NCBI GenBank assembly: GCA_026770705.1
Contig: JANJGN010000150.1
Location: 744,001-808,000 of the forward strand
Direction: 5' to 3'
From: Isurus oxyrinchus
Taxonomy: Eukaryota
Length of the DNA stretch: 64,000 nt
The notes under the pieces are model-generated. The model ran no database searches and was not told the origin of the DNA. It was given only the letters and a program-made list of their open reading frames with translations. The position numbers were made by a program, and so were the translations under genes. Positions within the stretch are counted from its first letter, which is position 1; every line of letters begins with the position of its first letter. Of the stretch, positions 1 through 13,970 are shown one piece after another.

Positions 1-270
1 GGAAGTGGAGTGACATGAGCTTTGGGATGCCCTGAGGAGGTGAAAGGTTGTATAGAAATGCAAATCCTTCATTGTTTTTCTTCCTTAAAACCTTGTAACT
101 CTCTGCAGAGCATCTATCATCCCACCGTGAATCAAATTAGTCAGTGAAGACATTGTCTAAAAGCAGTTCTGATCTCTCGAGAGCTGTCGGACAAGAGGTG
201 AAGTCTCATTAACTCCTTTCTCTTTCAGAACTTCAGAGTTAGAAGCTGATGGAATATCTATGAGTGGACA

Positions 271-310
271 ATGATCGGGAAATCTTACTTCTTCCTGTCA
301 CTTTTCCAAG
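271..310 (+). CDS. locus B signal-peptide exon (MIGKSYFFLSLFQ-V)
   Basis: Acceptor tctttcAG at 227-228, ATG at 271, donor G|gtaata. Inverted homologue of 59255-59216. Confidence 0.75.
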
Positions 311-1249
311 GTAATATCATCGTCAGCTTGGACAGATTTATGGTCAATAGTCTTCGTAAAAGATCATTCTTATTGAGCTGTGACTGGGAACTGATTCAGC
401 AGTGAGCCAGTGTACAAACTCACACCAAGTCCCATTCACCCATCACCCCTATGCTCACTGATATACACTGACTCCCTGTATGACAGCAGAATTGGAGGGG
501 AGCAGAGATCTCAGAGGGTTGTAGGGGCTGGAGGAGGTTACAGGGTTAGGCAGGATTGTAGCAGCGAGAGCAGAATCTTAAACTTCAGGTGATGTCAGGT
601 GTTGGTCAGTGAGAGATGGGGAGGGATGGGTTGAGCTGAAAATCAGGGATAAAAACTGGGGGATGAAATCTATCCAGGTTCTAGGATCCTGATAGCAATA
701 ATCTGAAATTTGTGCCTTTTGCTGATTTTAAAAAGAATTTCCCATGAAGACAACACAGCAGCTCCTAGAATAGACAGGCTGTTCAGTGTCACACTTCCTG
801 TCCATTCTCACCATGAATTTCAAATCATTCTGTGAAGCAACATTGGGCTGATTGTCTAACTCTAGTTCAAACCTGAAAACAGCTTTAATGAGCTTAGAAA
901 AGCTGGATTTCAAAATAATTGTATAGTGTCCACAGAGGCTTTATTATGTTGTATACATTTGATTTGATTTGAAGGGGACATTTTGCAGGACTGTGGGGGA
1001 GAGATCAGAGGTGAGAGTGGGACTAATTGGACAGATCTTTCAAAGGCCCAGCACATCCTCGATGGGCCAAATGGCTTCCTTCAGTTCCGGATCATTCTAC
1101 AATCCAATAAATTAAATCTCTTATCAGTAACTCTTCAGGCTCCCGCTGCAGGAATGGCTCTTTCAGAAGGGCAGGGAACAAGCGGTTTCTCATAGCATGT
1201 TCATATTTATTGACAATTACATAAGTGCACGGAACTGTTGAATATTTGA

Positions 1250-4200
1250 CTCTCTAAAGTGTGGATTTAACCTTCTGGTACACCCAGATCTTGTGCTGGT
1301 TCCCTTGTCCGGAGGTGTCTTTAACTGCTCACAGTGATCTGTGGGATTGTCATCCTTGGATGTTGTTCCTGATTTCATGTGGGATCTTCTCCTCGATGGA
1401 ATAGGAGCGGGAATGGATCTGATTTATCCTCGGTTCCGCCTCACCGCTGTGCCCTTGTGTGTTTGACTCCATAGGCCCTTGGTTCTGAACAAATCCTCGT
1501 CACCTCGGCTGGTGGTCATGAACCTTCTGTGGGATGCTGGATGTGAACTTGTCCCAACTGTAAACTTGGCAACTCTGCACCTCCATTTTTATCATGAACA
1601 TTCCTTATCTTCTCTTGTAGTTTTAAAAGTTGCCCTCTGGTTTCTGAGAGAGTAGAATGGGTAAGAGTAGCGAAATTGGTCACTACTGGCCCACCAAACA
1701 TGCTCTCTGTCAGTGATGGAATAAGGTGAGGTGATGGTGTAGTGGTATTGTTGCTGGATGAGTAATTCAGAGACCCAGGGTAATGGCCTGAGAATATGGG
1801 TTCAAATCTGACCATAATAGATGATGGAATTTGAATTTAATAAAAATATGAAAATCAAAGTCTAGCAATGACCACAAAACCATTGTTGGAAATCCCACCT
1901 GGTTCACCAGTGCCGTTTAGGGAACAAAATTGTCTGGCCGACATGTGACTCCAGACTCCACGTCAATGTGGTTAACTCTTACATTAGGGATGGGTAATAA
2001 ATCCTGGCCTGGCCAGTGACTCCCACATCCCATGAATGAATTTAACAAAGTTGCAGTTGTAGGTGTCGATCTCAGATGTAACATTGCAATGTGTGGATCT
2101 TGCTTGGCCTGTCTACATTTGAGAATTAGGGATTTCACTGTGTGAATCATTCATTCAGCGAGGCTGTTAGATCTGGGGTAATGAGGAGAAGAAGTAGTGT
2201 GATTGATATTCCAGATTATCTGTAATCATGTCCCTAGGCTCACCAAATAAACTGAAAATAGTGCTTAGAGTGTGTGCACCAGTTGTGCTTGGTGTGTTGT
2301 GCTATTTTTGAATAACGGGATATCTGGTAAAGCTGTCGACGATGACGATGAAGTCAGTGACATGGAAATGAAAGGATTCAGACCTGATTTTGGACTAAGA
2401 ATGGGCAGGAATTTCCTGTGGAATCAGTGGTTCTTTGTGCTGACTTGGCTCATCCTCTTGACAAGCCTCGTACTTCCCTACAACGACTTCAAGGTCATTC
2501 TTCATAACCGGCCAGGGAGTATATCTCTTGTGAGTCTCCTTGTCTGATCTGTGCCCATGTGTGAGGGATGAAGTTGTTGAAGAATATAGGATCACAAAGG
2601 CTCCGGTATGATGCCCTGCCTGCCATTAAAAATGGTTCCCTGGGAGATGCCTCACTTATCCCGATGAGGTCAAGCTGAATCAGGCCACCCTTTCAATGAT
2701 ATTTCCCCAGTTCCTGTAGAATTTTTCACTGTTCCCTTTTGTAGCTGCTGTCATTTCTGTTGTGCTAAATATACTGGATCAATTGACAGACTTGCATTCT
2801 CCTGCAGGTGTAATGTTGCAGCTCCCTTGAAACTGCCAATATTGTTGAAACTTTCTGCATATTTCAATGTTATGTCAATGAATTGAGGTGATGGGGTAGT
2901 TTCTGAGGTTGACCCATGTGAGGTCTGACAGATTCCATGGATTGTCACTAGTGTGAGGTCACCGCATGCTGGTAGACTTGCAATTGCTCAGCCTTTATTC
3001 TGCATGATGTAGAACATCTGTGACACCCAGGAAGATTGATTGTACTTGCACTCTAGGACTATGGATTCTGCACATGGAGTTGGTGAAGTGTTGTACACAG
3101 CAGTAGGTTTCCCCATGGACTTCCATGTCCTTGGATATATGTCTTTGAAAATTTGCTGGGGTGGGCTGGGGGAGGGGAATGTTGGCACTTGTCCCTGTAT
3201 CAATCTTGGCCAATAAAGGGGAGGTAGAAACTTTCTCAGGGCAGATAATTGGAATCTTGGCCAATAGTGCGGGTGAAGTGACGGCATCTGTTCTCCATGA
3301 GATTGATGGTGTAATAGGTGTGAAATTGTTCAACAGTTGCACAATACGTTGAGCACAAGTGTTGCAAAAACTCTAAGCCGGGGTTTTCCGGCCCAGTCAT
3401 GGTGGGACCTGCCGTGGGAGATTGGGACAAATATAAATCCATTGGCTTTCGGCCGGACCGGACAATCCTGGCAGTGGGTGGGGCCAGAAAATCTAACACC
3501 TATGGGACATTTACAGTTTCTTTGATGTGCCCAGAGATATCATGAAGGACAACAATCCACAATTTATTGGCAAGCCACGTCAGGATATGTGTGAGAGGTG
3601 GAATATCGATCACCGCACCTCGTCTCGTCATGCACATCATCGCCATTTCCTGGCTTGTCAGTCACCACATGTATATGCTCCTGATGGGATAGCGGATGGT
3701 CATTCTTATTGCTTGAAGGTTCCCCGTTGTGTAGGGTCTGTTTGGATCAGCGCACGGCTCTTTGTAGCTGCATCAGCCTTTGCTCTAGTGCCCTGCTGCT
3801 GTCAATGGCCCTTTCTGCTACAAGCCTTGCAGGATTGGTGGAAAGCTGGGGATTTCCTTGGTGCCTGCCACACGTCTCACTAGGTTTGGATGTGCTAGTG
3901 AGTGTGTCAACAATTGATGTTGTACTGAGGACCTGTAAGCTTCGTTGACCTGCGAGGATTACTTCGTATTTATGTCCATCCTTGAGTAGCTCTTCAATGC
4001 TATAGGTTTTGGTCTTAACTAGCAGATCTTTCTGGAAGGCTTCCATGGGAGTGGATGCGATCGCCAACTCAACAACTCTGTCTGCAGGCTCTGTGTTTGA
4101 AATCACAGTGCGTACCCTTTTCTCTACATCGGCTGATGAAGTGGTCTATGGATTGTGTCGGCTGATGAAATGACATAAACTCTAGTTGATGAATTTGGAG

Positions 4201-4460
4201 TTTCACCTGATTCTGAAACTGTCTTCCAATACCGTCCGTGTCTATTGGGGATCCTTTCGCTCTTCTGCTGTTAATCCTGATGTCTTCAGCCTGTGTAGAC
4301 CTTCATTCCCAATCACGAGGTGAATTTTTATGGGTGGTTCGTCTGGTTCAGTCACACCAGAATCAGGAAACCTGAGTTCTGTACGCTGTTTAAACATTCT
4401 GAATTCAGATAGTCGGTCAGCTACATCCCAGTTCAAACTGGGGAATTTTGTGGACATTCT
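1250..4460 (-). mobile_element. degenerate Ty3/Gypsy-like LTR retrotransposon internal region (gag and integrase fragments), rearranged
   Basis: Gag-like 4242-4457 and 3747-4106. Integrase pieces WPVMKNDLEVVVGKYEACQ and WNINHTTSSPHYPRSNSLAE*MIHTVKSLILKC. An integrase-core piece (DNNPQFIGKP..CERWNIDHRTSS) lies inverted on the plus strand near 3530. Confidence 0.7.
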
Positions 4461-6581
4461 GACAATATTCCTTTGACCTTCCTTCTCCTACAGGACCTGG
4501 GATGAGTGTCGCTTTAGCCCCTTTCACGTGCTTTTCCGAAGCTCCGCCCACGAAGATGGGTTGCGGCAGGAACACACCACGGAGTAATGGAGTCTTTGTT
4601 TTTTATTCAATTTGCTGTTCAGCAATCTCGAAGCCACCCGTTATAATCACTAACTTCTCTGGGCTGATTTTTATAATGGTTTTTGTGTGTTTGACTCTCC
4701 CTCGCTCACTATCGATCCAGCCCACACCCTGGTCACTCGCCTTCCCTGACTGAGCTAACCCGCTGCTGGTCCTGGCGATACACACTATCCCACTCACTGA
4801 CCTACAGGCCGTGTGCTGTAATCCCACCACGAGGGATCCGTCTGCTCCCCAGCTCTTTACTTGAGCTCTTTCCCGTCACTGTGTCTTCAAAGGTTTCCTG
4901 AGAGTCAGTACACTGCGATTTCAACCCTCTCTGATGCTGTGTCTCTGTTGTGGTCTGACCAAAGCGTCGAGGGTCATCTCATGTCATGTAGCTCGATCTC
5001 AGGCTGTTCACCACATCATACCTGTACTGAATCTTGCGGCCAGAATGTTTGGCCACCGCTGATCACCATGTTGTGTTTTTATAATGATATAAAGGCACCA
5101 GCCACTGATACGGAATTGGGTAAATACATTGTGGGTTCAGTTATTTAGAATGGGGACATGAGAACAGATGTACAAGGATAGAAAGCTGGGAGACACCTGC
5201 AGCCAAACTGTGTGAGCTGTGTTCTGCTCACAGGCCAAAGTGAAACTTGGACTGGATGGTGTTATCATCCCAGCTGATGTTACTACTGGGCAAGTCAGAT
5301 CCCAGGGTGGAACTCAGCTTGATAGGTCCTAACTTTTATTTTTTATTTAGGAATGTGGAGTGCGGCTACTGAACAGAGTCACAGGAATCATCTGATGACC
5401 TTCTAACAAAAGAATAAAACATTTATTAAACTAGGAAAGACAAACTATATTACATTACTCCTTCACCCAGACCTATACATTTACAGATTCATAAGTAGAA
5501 TACAAGTTACAATAACTATCTTATACTCTCATGTTCACACTAAGTACACAGTTCATGCAAACCAATAGACGACCTGGTGTCAGGGACACCACATTCTGTA
5601 ACCAAGTGATAGACCCCAATTGGAACAAATGCTATGGGTTTCAGCTCAACTGACTCCAGACACTTGTTTCACCATGAGGCAACTGGTCTTACAAAACTGT
5701 ATCTTTCACATGAGAGTTTCCAATCTCTACTCACCAAGTGCTCTCTTTGGAATCTTCTCTAACATGACACTTTCACTCAGAGACCTTCCACAAGGGTCCA
5801 CTTCCACGATTTCAAACTCTCCTTCCCATGTTCCTGCCCCCTGGATCGCCACATGCATTCAGCCTTCCTTCTACGCGTTGTCTCTCCAATGCTCAGTCAT
5901 GCCAATGGAACACCATGGCTTCACATGGTCATAGTAAGAAGACATCAACATTTGGCTGTCTCCTATGATCTTCTGGCTTCTAATAAGCCTTTTTTGCTTT
6001 AGGTCTGTGTCCTTTTGCTTTTTCTCTTTTAGCTTGGATCCCTCCTCTGCTCCTCAATCTTATCTCGACTTAACAGGACCTTTTTCAGATTCCTGATCTT
6101 CTTTGGAGTAGAAGGTCTTCTTGGCCCTTTCTCCTGTTCCACTCGATAGTTTTGGCTTCTTCTTTACTTTGGGACTGACTATCTGTCCCGCTCCTTTGCT
6201 GCTTCTCCTGGCAACTCCTTTCAACCAAACTGAAAGCACATTTCTGTTTTTCTCTGTCTCTATGGGTCCGTCCCTATGGATCACTGTTGCTTAGCAATAG
6301 CACAGTTTCTTACACATTGTGTTTGTTTTGACTTCCCTTCAAGAGACATCAAACCCCATTAGATTGCTAAACGAAAATGAAACCAAAACTGAAGTTTCCC
6401 CCTTTCTTAACACACAAATACAGAAATCAAACTAAACTTGAACATAAACATATGCCTTATCCCTAACACACACAAATACACATAGAACTTACTTAAGCTA
6501 TACCCAATTCCTAAAATCACATGACACACTTCCCCTCGAGTGATGTCATGCTGCTGTCCCTGAAAGGCATATTACAACAGT

Positions 6582-7506
6582 GTTATCACTTGGCAGGTGA
6601 TGTGTGCCAGGCAGACCAAGTCCATGAGAGAAAGATGGTCACATGATCATAATGATTTTGCAATTTGTATTTATTATGAGATGTGTGCACTGAATTCAGA
6701 AGCAATAATTACACAAAGACCTTTAGCGATTTGAAAATTAAATTAAAATACTTGCTCTCAAAATAAATGATGTGAAGCACATACATAACTCTACAATTAC
6801 CACTATAATAATTCTTAAAATTCTGAATTAAACTGACTCCCAGTTACACTCCCTTTAAGGCAACGGTCCAAAAATAGACTTTATATTTAAAACAAACCCA
6901 GCAAGTTAACACAATATAAAAGCAATACCCTGCACAGAGGAATTCCAAGTGGCTTTTCCCCAACTTCAGTTCTGTTGGATAGCAGGCTTGTGCACAAATG
7001 CTAGAGGTTTCATTAAGACTATATCACACACTCGTGTTAGATCTTACATGGCATTCTGACACATAGCCTTTCATTCTCCCTGATAGATATATATTTCTCT
7101 CTTTGTAACATGAAAATTCTATTGTTCCATATGTTTTTGAAACTGTATCTTCCACATAACAAACTCTTTCGTGGTGCCCATATTGCCAGGAGCCTTTGAG
7201 AAAAATAAACACATTCCTTAGTCTTGCTTATCTGGCTAGTTGTAAACAAGCTAAGATTCCTTTGAAATCCAACAACCCCTTCATTGATAGAAAAATGCAA
7301 ATTCTCTTCATACCTTCCATGCTAAGCAGCATCCATGTTTCCTCAATAGCATGTCAAGCACCTAGCTCCTTTTGATCATTTTAAACTTCCAATCTAATTA
7401 ACTCCAAATGTACTTAAATCACATGCAGACCTATCACGCGTACCCCCATAAACCTACTTCACAATATACTATAAAATATTATGAAAATTATTATACTTAC
7501 ATCACA
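6582..7506. mobile_element. solo-LTR-like interspersed repeat
   Basis: TG...CA ends; homologous along its length to 39215-40105. Confidence 0.55.
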
Positions 7507-7909
7507 ATAGGAACCACTGCCTTAGACACTGAGGATCTAGGACAGCTAGGCCAATTCATGATTCATGATGGTGATAATGGGGGAATTCTGAAGGCTCCTA
7601 ATCCATTGTCCAACGTTGTAAATCAGCAGTGAACTCACTTCAATTAGTGTGTCTTGTAGACACTGTGTTGGGTGGCAGACTGACTTCACTAAATAGGTAC
7701 CTGAGGGTCATGAGCCAATTTAGAATGAACTTGTCCACTCCTGTGTCCGGAATTCTCTTCAATCTGTTGTGAAACCTTGGGGCATTCATTGTGTGACCTG
7801 TGGATTATCCAGACTGCAGCCTGTGTGCCCCAGTGATGGAGGGGGTGGATATTGAGTCTAGTGGATTGAGAAAACATTCAGAGTTAAATATTGATATTTC
7901 TCTCCCTAG

Positions 7910-8284
7910 TTGGACTATCACAAGTGTGGAAAGGTGACACTCCAGGAGAGGTGACAGCGCAGGAAGGTTCGTGTGTACAGATTCCATGTAATTACAGTTA
8001 TCCATCATATTTAGTAGCGAGATCACCAGTCGGAATCTGGTATATGAGAAGGAATTGGGAAAAATGGAATGAACGGTCTATAGCCTTTCACTCCAAGGAT
8101 CATAATCGCGAGTTACCACAGTTCCACCATCGGACCCAGCTGTCTGGAGACCTGAAAGATGGCGACTGTTCCCTGATTATAAACAACATCAGACGGGAAG
8201 ATGCAGGATATTATTTATTCAGCCTAGAATTTGACAACAGGAATAGATACAACGACCGTCCTGAAACCCAGCTTCACGTTTCTG
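7910..8284 (+). CDS. locus B Siglec V-set exon V1 (essential Arg replaced by Ser)
   Basis: 375 nt, phase 1-1, intact AG/GT; DAGYYLFSLEF. Confidence 0.8.
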
Positions 8285-8559
8285 GTAAGTGCTGTGTTAT
8301 AATTACTCAACAATTCACATCCAACACTCAATGGGAAATAATAGTGTTTGATTTGCTTGTTTTTTGGCCGTGTTAACCAGCGCCACTATTTTTAATGATT
8401 TGTCTATTTCTGCTCCCAGATCCATAAGCTTATTGTGTGTGATTGAATCCACATCATAGCTGTAACATAAACCGAGCTGAGGGGTGATGACACCTGCCCC
8501 CTGAGTGAAGTATCTCCTCCCCACTACACCTTCCACCCCTCACACTGTCCGTGTAAACC

Positions 8560-9530
8560 CCCGTCCCATCTCCAGCCTCTCTTTCCCCTCCAAAGTCCTG
8601 CAACCTGTTTCCATCTCCCGAATCTGTTCCCATCTTTCCCGGAACTCCATGTTTGAATCCCTCCAATCAGGTTCCCACCCCAGCCACTGTGCTGAAACAG
8701 CTCTTATCAAGGTCACAAATGGCATCCTGTGTGACTGTGACAAAGGTCAACTTTCCCTCCTTGTCCTTCTCGATCTGTCTGCAGCCTTTGACACGCTCGA
8801 CCACACCATCCTCCTCCAACACCTCTCCACTGTCGTCCAGCTGGGTGGGACTGCTCTCCCCTGGCTCCATTCTTATCCATCTCATCGTAGCCAGAGAATC
8901 ACTTGCAATGGCTTTGCAGCATCATCTGAACAGTGTTAGTTTTCACCTGTCCACTGAGGATGCCCAGCTCTACCTCACCACCACCTCTCTCGACTCCTCC
9001 ACTGCTGCTAAATTATCAGGCTGCTTATCCGACATCCAGTACTGGATGGGCAGAAATTCCCTCCAATTAAATATTGGAAAGACTGAAGCCATTGTCTTCA
9101 TTCCCCGCTCCAAACTCTGTTCCCTCGCTACCAACTCCATTCCTCTCCTTGGCAGCTCTCTGAGATTGAAGCCAATCTGTTCACAGCTTTGTTGTCCCAT
9201 TTGATCCTGAGATGAGCTTCCGGCCTCCTATCTGCGCCCTCACTAACACCGTCTATTTCCACCTCCGTAACATCGCACGACGTCACCCTGTCTCAGCTCA
9301 TCTGCTGCTGAAACCCTCATCCACGCCTTCATTACCTCCAGTCTCGACTGTTCCAACACACGCTCTACACTCCATAAACTTGAGGCCATCCAAAACTGCT
9401 GACCACGTCCTTACTCACACCAAGTCCCATTCCCTTATCACCCGCTCTGCTCGATGACCGAGACTGGCTCCTGGTCAAGCAAAGTCTCAATGTCCAAATT
9501 TTCATCTTTGTTTCCTCACTATCTCTGTAA
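8560..9530 (+). mobile_element. L2/CR1-clade LINE reverse transcriptase fragment
   Basis: QSGSHPSHCAETALIKVTNGILCDCDKGQLSLLVLLDLSAAFDTLDHTILL and LQLNIGKTEAI motifs. Confidence 0.85.
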
Positions 9531-9960
9531 TCTCCTTGTCCTCCTCCAGTACCTACAACCATCCCATTCTCTGTAACCTCTTCAAGCCTCTACCGCTTCC
9601 CTATATCTGTAAATTCATCCTGCCCAACAAACCTACCAATCTCTGCAACCTCCTCCAGCCACAACAAATCTCCCTATTTCTGTAACTTCCTCCTGCCCCT
9701 AAAAGCTTCCCTATCTCTGTAGCCTGCTCCAGTCCTGACAACTTTCCCTGCCCCTGTAACCTGCCCCAGTCACTACAACCCTCCCGACCTCTGCAAACTC
9801 CTCCAGACCCTACACTCTCCCAATCTCTCTTAACTTTTCCAGCCCCTACAAACCTCCCTATCGCTATAACTCCTCCAATCACTACAAACCTCGCTATCTC
9901 TGTAACCTCCTCCAGCCCCTACAACCCTCCCTATCTCTGTAACCTCCTCCAGACCCACCA
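9530..9960 (+). repeat. ~37-bp minisatellite (ctccctatctctgtaacctcctccagcccctacaac)
   Basis: Degenerate tandem copies; same family at 25765-26657 and 28130-28380. Confidence 0.8.
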
Positions 9961-10844
9961 ACCTTCAGAGGTCTCTGCGCTCCTCCAATTCCAGCCTCTT
10001 GACCATCCCCCGATCTCAACACTCTAACATCGGTGGCCATGCCTTCAGCTGCCTGGGGACCGAGCTCCGTAATACCCTCCCTTAAGCCCTCTCCATCCCT
10101 CACACTCACTCTCTCTCTCTCACTAACCATTTCATCCCTCTTTTAAGTTTCTCCATAACACCGATCCCTTCTGGCCAGCTGTCGCTAATATCTCCACATG
10201 TGTCTGGGTGACATACTTTGTTTTATGACGCTCCTGTGTAGCACCTTGGGGTGATTTGTCATGTTAAAGTTGTTGTGAAAATATAAGTTGTTGCCCTTTG
10301 ACCCTCGACCCCAGATTGAGTCTTATTTTTGAGGGAATGTACAACCTGCTTAGATTTCTGACCAAAGTGTCATTTGATTATTTTTATTGAGCGAATGCCA
10401 AGCCCCGATACCGAGCGAGAGCCTCCTCATTTGCTGAGTTTAAGGTGATGAGTCAGCCCCTTAGTCCGTAGAGGGGATTCTCCTCGGTAATGTACAGCCT
10501 TGTTTGTGTCTCTCCACAAGCGCATGAGGGATTTGTACAGAGGCTGCAGCGCTGGAGGGGGTCTGCACAGGGGTCCTGGCCTGTCCTGAGCCGGTTTTAG
10601 CAAGGACCACTCTGGCCTTGGCAGCTGAAAGCCAGCCATTGGACAGACAGGGCCTGTCACAAGGAGCCTGTTAGTCACTCCCCCCCGTGTCTCCTGTGCT
10701 CGGATCCAGACCATGTTGGCTGGTGGATCTGGCTCAGGAAGGGTCCTCCCCATGGGACCCCCAGATGGAAGGTGGGTCGAGCGGGTCAGTCACTTGCATG
10801 TTTATTCTGCAGCTTTAATATTTTAAGAAGGTAAGAATGTAGGA

Positions 10845-11620
10845 ACATAAGAAATAGGGACAGGAGCAGGCCATTCGGCCCCTCGAGCCTGCCCTCGCTG
10901 ATCTGGTTGTGGCCTTAACTCCATTTTCCTGCCTGTCCCCCAAACCCTTGACTCCCTTGTCGATCAAAAACCTGCCTCACTCAGCCTTGAGTCTATTCAA
11001 TGGCCCAGCATCCACTGCTCTCTGGGGAAGGGAATTCCACAGGCTAGCGCCCCTCTGAGAGAGGAAATTCCTCCTCATCTCAGTCTTAAATGGGAGAGTC
11101 CTCATTCCGAAACTGTGCTCCCTGGTTCTAGATTCCCCCACGAGGGGGAAACATCCTCCCAGCATCCACCCTGTCAAGCCCCCTCGGAATTGGATATGTT
11201 TCAATAAGGTCACCCCTCATTCTTCTAAACTCCAATGGATACAGGCCCAACCTGCTCAACATTTCCTCACAGGACAAACCCTTTAATCCCAGGAATCAGC
11301 CCAGTGAAGCTTCTCTGAACTGCCTGTACACAATGATCCTGTTACAATCTCACTAACGCCCTGTGCAGCTGTTGCAAGACTTCCCTCCTTTTATACTCCA
11401 TCCCTTTGCAATAAAGGCCAACATTCCACTTGCCTTCCTCATTCTGTGGTGTTCCTGAATGCTGACTTTCTGTGATTCATGTACAAGGACACCCAGATCC
11501 CTCTGTACTGCATTCTGCAGCCTGTCTCCAGTTAAATAATATTCTGATTTTCTATTCTTCCTGCCAAAATAATTTGTTGCCATTCTCCTCAGTATTGACC
11601 ATCCCCCCAATTCAGCCTCA
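10845..11620 (-). mobile_element. CR1 LINE 3' fragment (duplicated at ~13128-13905)
   Basis: QRDLGVLVHESQKVS and FKTEMRRNFLSQR..LWNSLPQRAV CR1 C-terminal motifs. Confidence 0.8.
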
Positions 11621-11688
11621 TCTGTAAATTTTGAGTCTAGTGGATCCACAAGCCATCCAGAGATAAATATTGAGATTTCTCTCCCCAG

Positions 11689-12057
11689 TTGGACTGTCAC
11701 AAGAGTGGAAAGGTGACACTCCACGAGAGGTGACAGCTCAGGAAGGTTCCTGTGTACAGATTCCATGTCATTACAGTTATCCATCGTGTCTGGAAAACCA
11801 ACCGCGAGGTGGACTCTGGTTTAATAATGAGAAACAGATTCCCTGGGCTCCCATTGCCTTTCACTCCAAGGATCACAGTCACGAGTTACCACGGTTCCGC
11901 CATCGGACCCGGCTGTCTGGAGACCTGAAAGATGGCGACTGTTCCCTGATTATAAACAACATCAGACGGGAAGATGCAGGACCTTATTTTTTCAGAATAG
12001 AATTTGACAATGGTCCGAGACATAACTATTACCCTGTAACCCAGCTTCACGTTTCTG
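11689..12057 (+). CDS. locus B Siglec V-set exon V2
   Basis: 369 nt, phase 1-1, intact AG/GT; DAGPYFFRIEF. Confidence 0.8.
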
Positions 12058-13970
12058 GTAAGTGCTGTGTTATAATTACTCAACAATTCACATCCAACAC
12101 TCAATGGGAAATAACACAATCTGTGACGTTTACATATTAACACAAAACACAGGTTATTATAACACACTGTCTGATTCTCAATAACCTGGTGATAGCTTCC
12201 AGTTCAGTCCTAAAACAACCTCTAATACTCACTTTAATATCAATAATTAAATGTGTTGACTGTGTCTATCAATGTTATCAGTTTATCCACTCCCATCAAT
12301 CTCTCAAATCCTGTCTCGAAGTCTGACATATCGACAGAAGAAAGATTTACATTTCTACAGCGCCTTTCACCACCCTAGAGTTCCTACCCTAAATCTCTCC
12401 CTCTCTCTCTCTCTCTGTCTCTTTATCTCTGTCTCTCCATAACACCGACCTCTTCTGGTCAGCTGTCGCTAATATCTCCACATGTGTCTGGGTGACATAC
12501 TTTGTTTTATGACGCTCCTGTGTAGCACCTTGGGGTGATTTGTCATGTTAAAGTTGTTGTGAAAATATAAGTTGTTGCCCTTTGACTCTCGACCCCAGAT
12601 CGAGTCTTATTTTAGAGGGAATGTACAACCTCCTTAGATTTCTGACCAAATGTCATTTGATTATTTTTATTGAGCGAATGCCAAGCCCCGATACCGAGCG
12701 AGAGCCTCCTCATTTGCCGAGTTTAGGGTGATGAGTCAGCACCTTAGTCTGTAGAGGGGATTCTCCTCGGTAATGAGCAGCCTTGTTTGTGTCTCTCCAC
12801 AAGCGCATGAGGGGTTTGTACAGAGGCTGCAGCGCTGGAGGGGGTCTGCACAGGGGTCCTGGCCTGTCCTGAGCCGGTTTTAGCAAGGACCACTCTGGCC
12901 TTGGCAGCTGAAAGCCAGCCATTGGACAGACGGGGCCTGTCACAAGGAGCCTGTTAGTCACTCCCCCCAGTGTCTCCTGTGCTCAGATCTAGACCATGTT
13001 GGCTGGTGGATCTGGCTCAGGAAGGGTCCTCCCCATGGGACCCCCAGATGGAAGGTGGGTCGAGCGGGTCAGTCACTTGCATGTTTATTCTGCGGCTTTA
13101 ATATTTTAAGATGGTAAGAATGTAGGAACATAAGAAACAGGGACAGGAGCAGGCCATTCGGCCCCTCGAGCATGCTCTCACTGATCTGGTTGTTGCCTTA
13201 ACTCCATTTTCCTGCCTGTCCCCCAAACCCTTGACTCCCTTGTCGATCAAAAACCTGCCTCACTCAGCCTTGAGTCTATTCAATGGCCCAGCCTCCACTG
13301 CTCTCTGGGGAAGAGAATTCCACAGGCTAGCGCCCCTCTGAGAGAGGAAATTCCTCCTCATCTCAGTCTTAAATGGGAGAGCACTCATTCCAAAACTGTG
13401 CTCCCTGGTTCTAGATTCCCCCACGAGGGGGAAACATCCTCCCAGCATCCACCCTGTCAAGCCCCCTTGGAATCGGATATGTTTCAGTAAGGTCAGCCCT
13501 CATTCTTCTAAACTCCAATGGATACAGGCCCAACCTGCTCAACATTTCCTCACAGGACAAACCCTTTAATCCCAGGAATCAGCCCAGTGTAGCTTCTCTG
13601 AACTGCCTGCACACAATGATCCTGTTAAAATCTCACTAACGCCCTGTGCAGCTGTTGCAAGACTTCCCTCCTTTTATACTCCATCCCTTTGCAATAAAGG
13701 CCAACATTCCACTTGCCTTCCTCATTCCATGGTTTTCCTGAATGCTGACTTTCTGTGATTCATGTACAAGGACACCCAGATCCCTCTGTACTGCATTCTG
13801 CAGCCTGTCTCCAGTTAAATAATATTCTGATTTTCTATTCTTCCTGCCAAAATAATTTGTTGCCATTCTCCTCAGTATTGACCATCCCCCAATTCAGCCT
13901 CATCTGTAAATTTTGAGTCTAGTGGATCCACAAGCCATCCAGAGATAAATATTGAGATTTCTCTCCCCAG

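Noticed and set aside
8285-8376. ORF extensions past the V exons ([11 protein letters not shown]...) and past the array exons (THTHTH...)
   Set aside because: Read-through of canonical GT donors into intron or microsatellite sequence.
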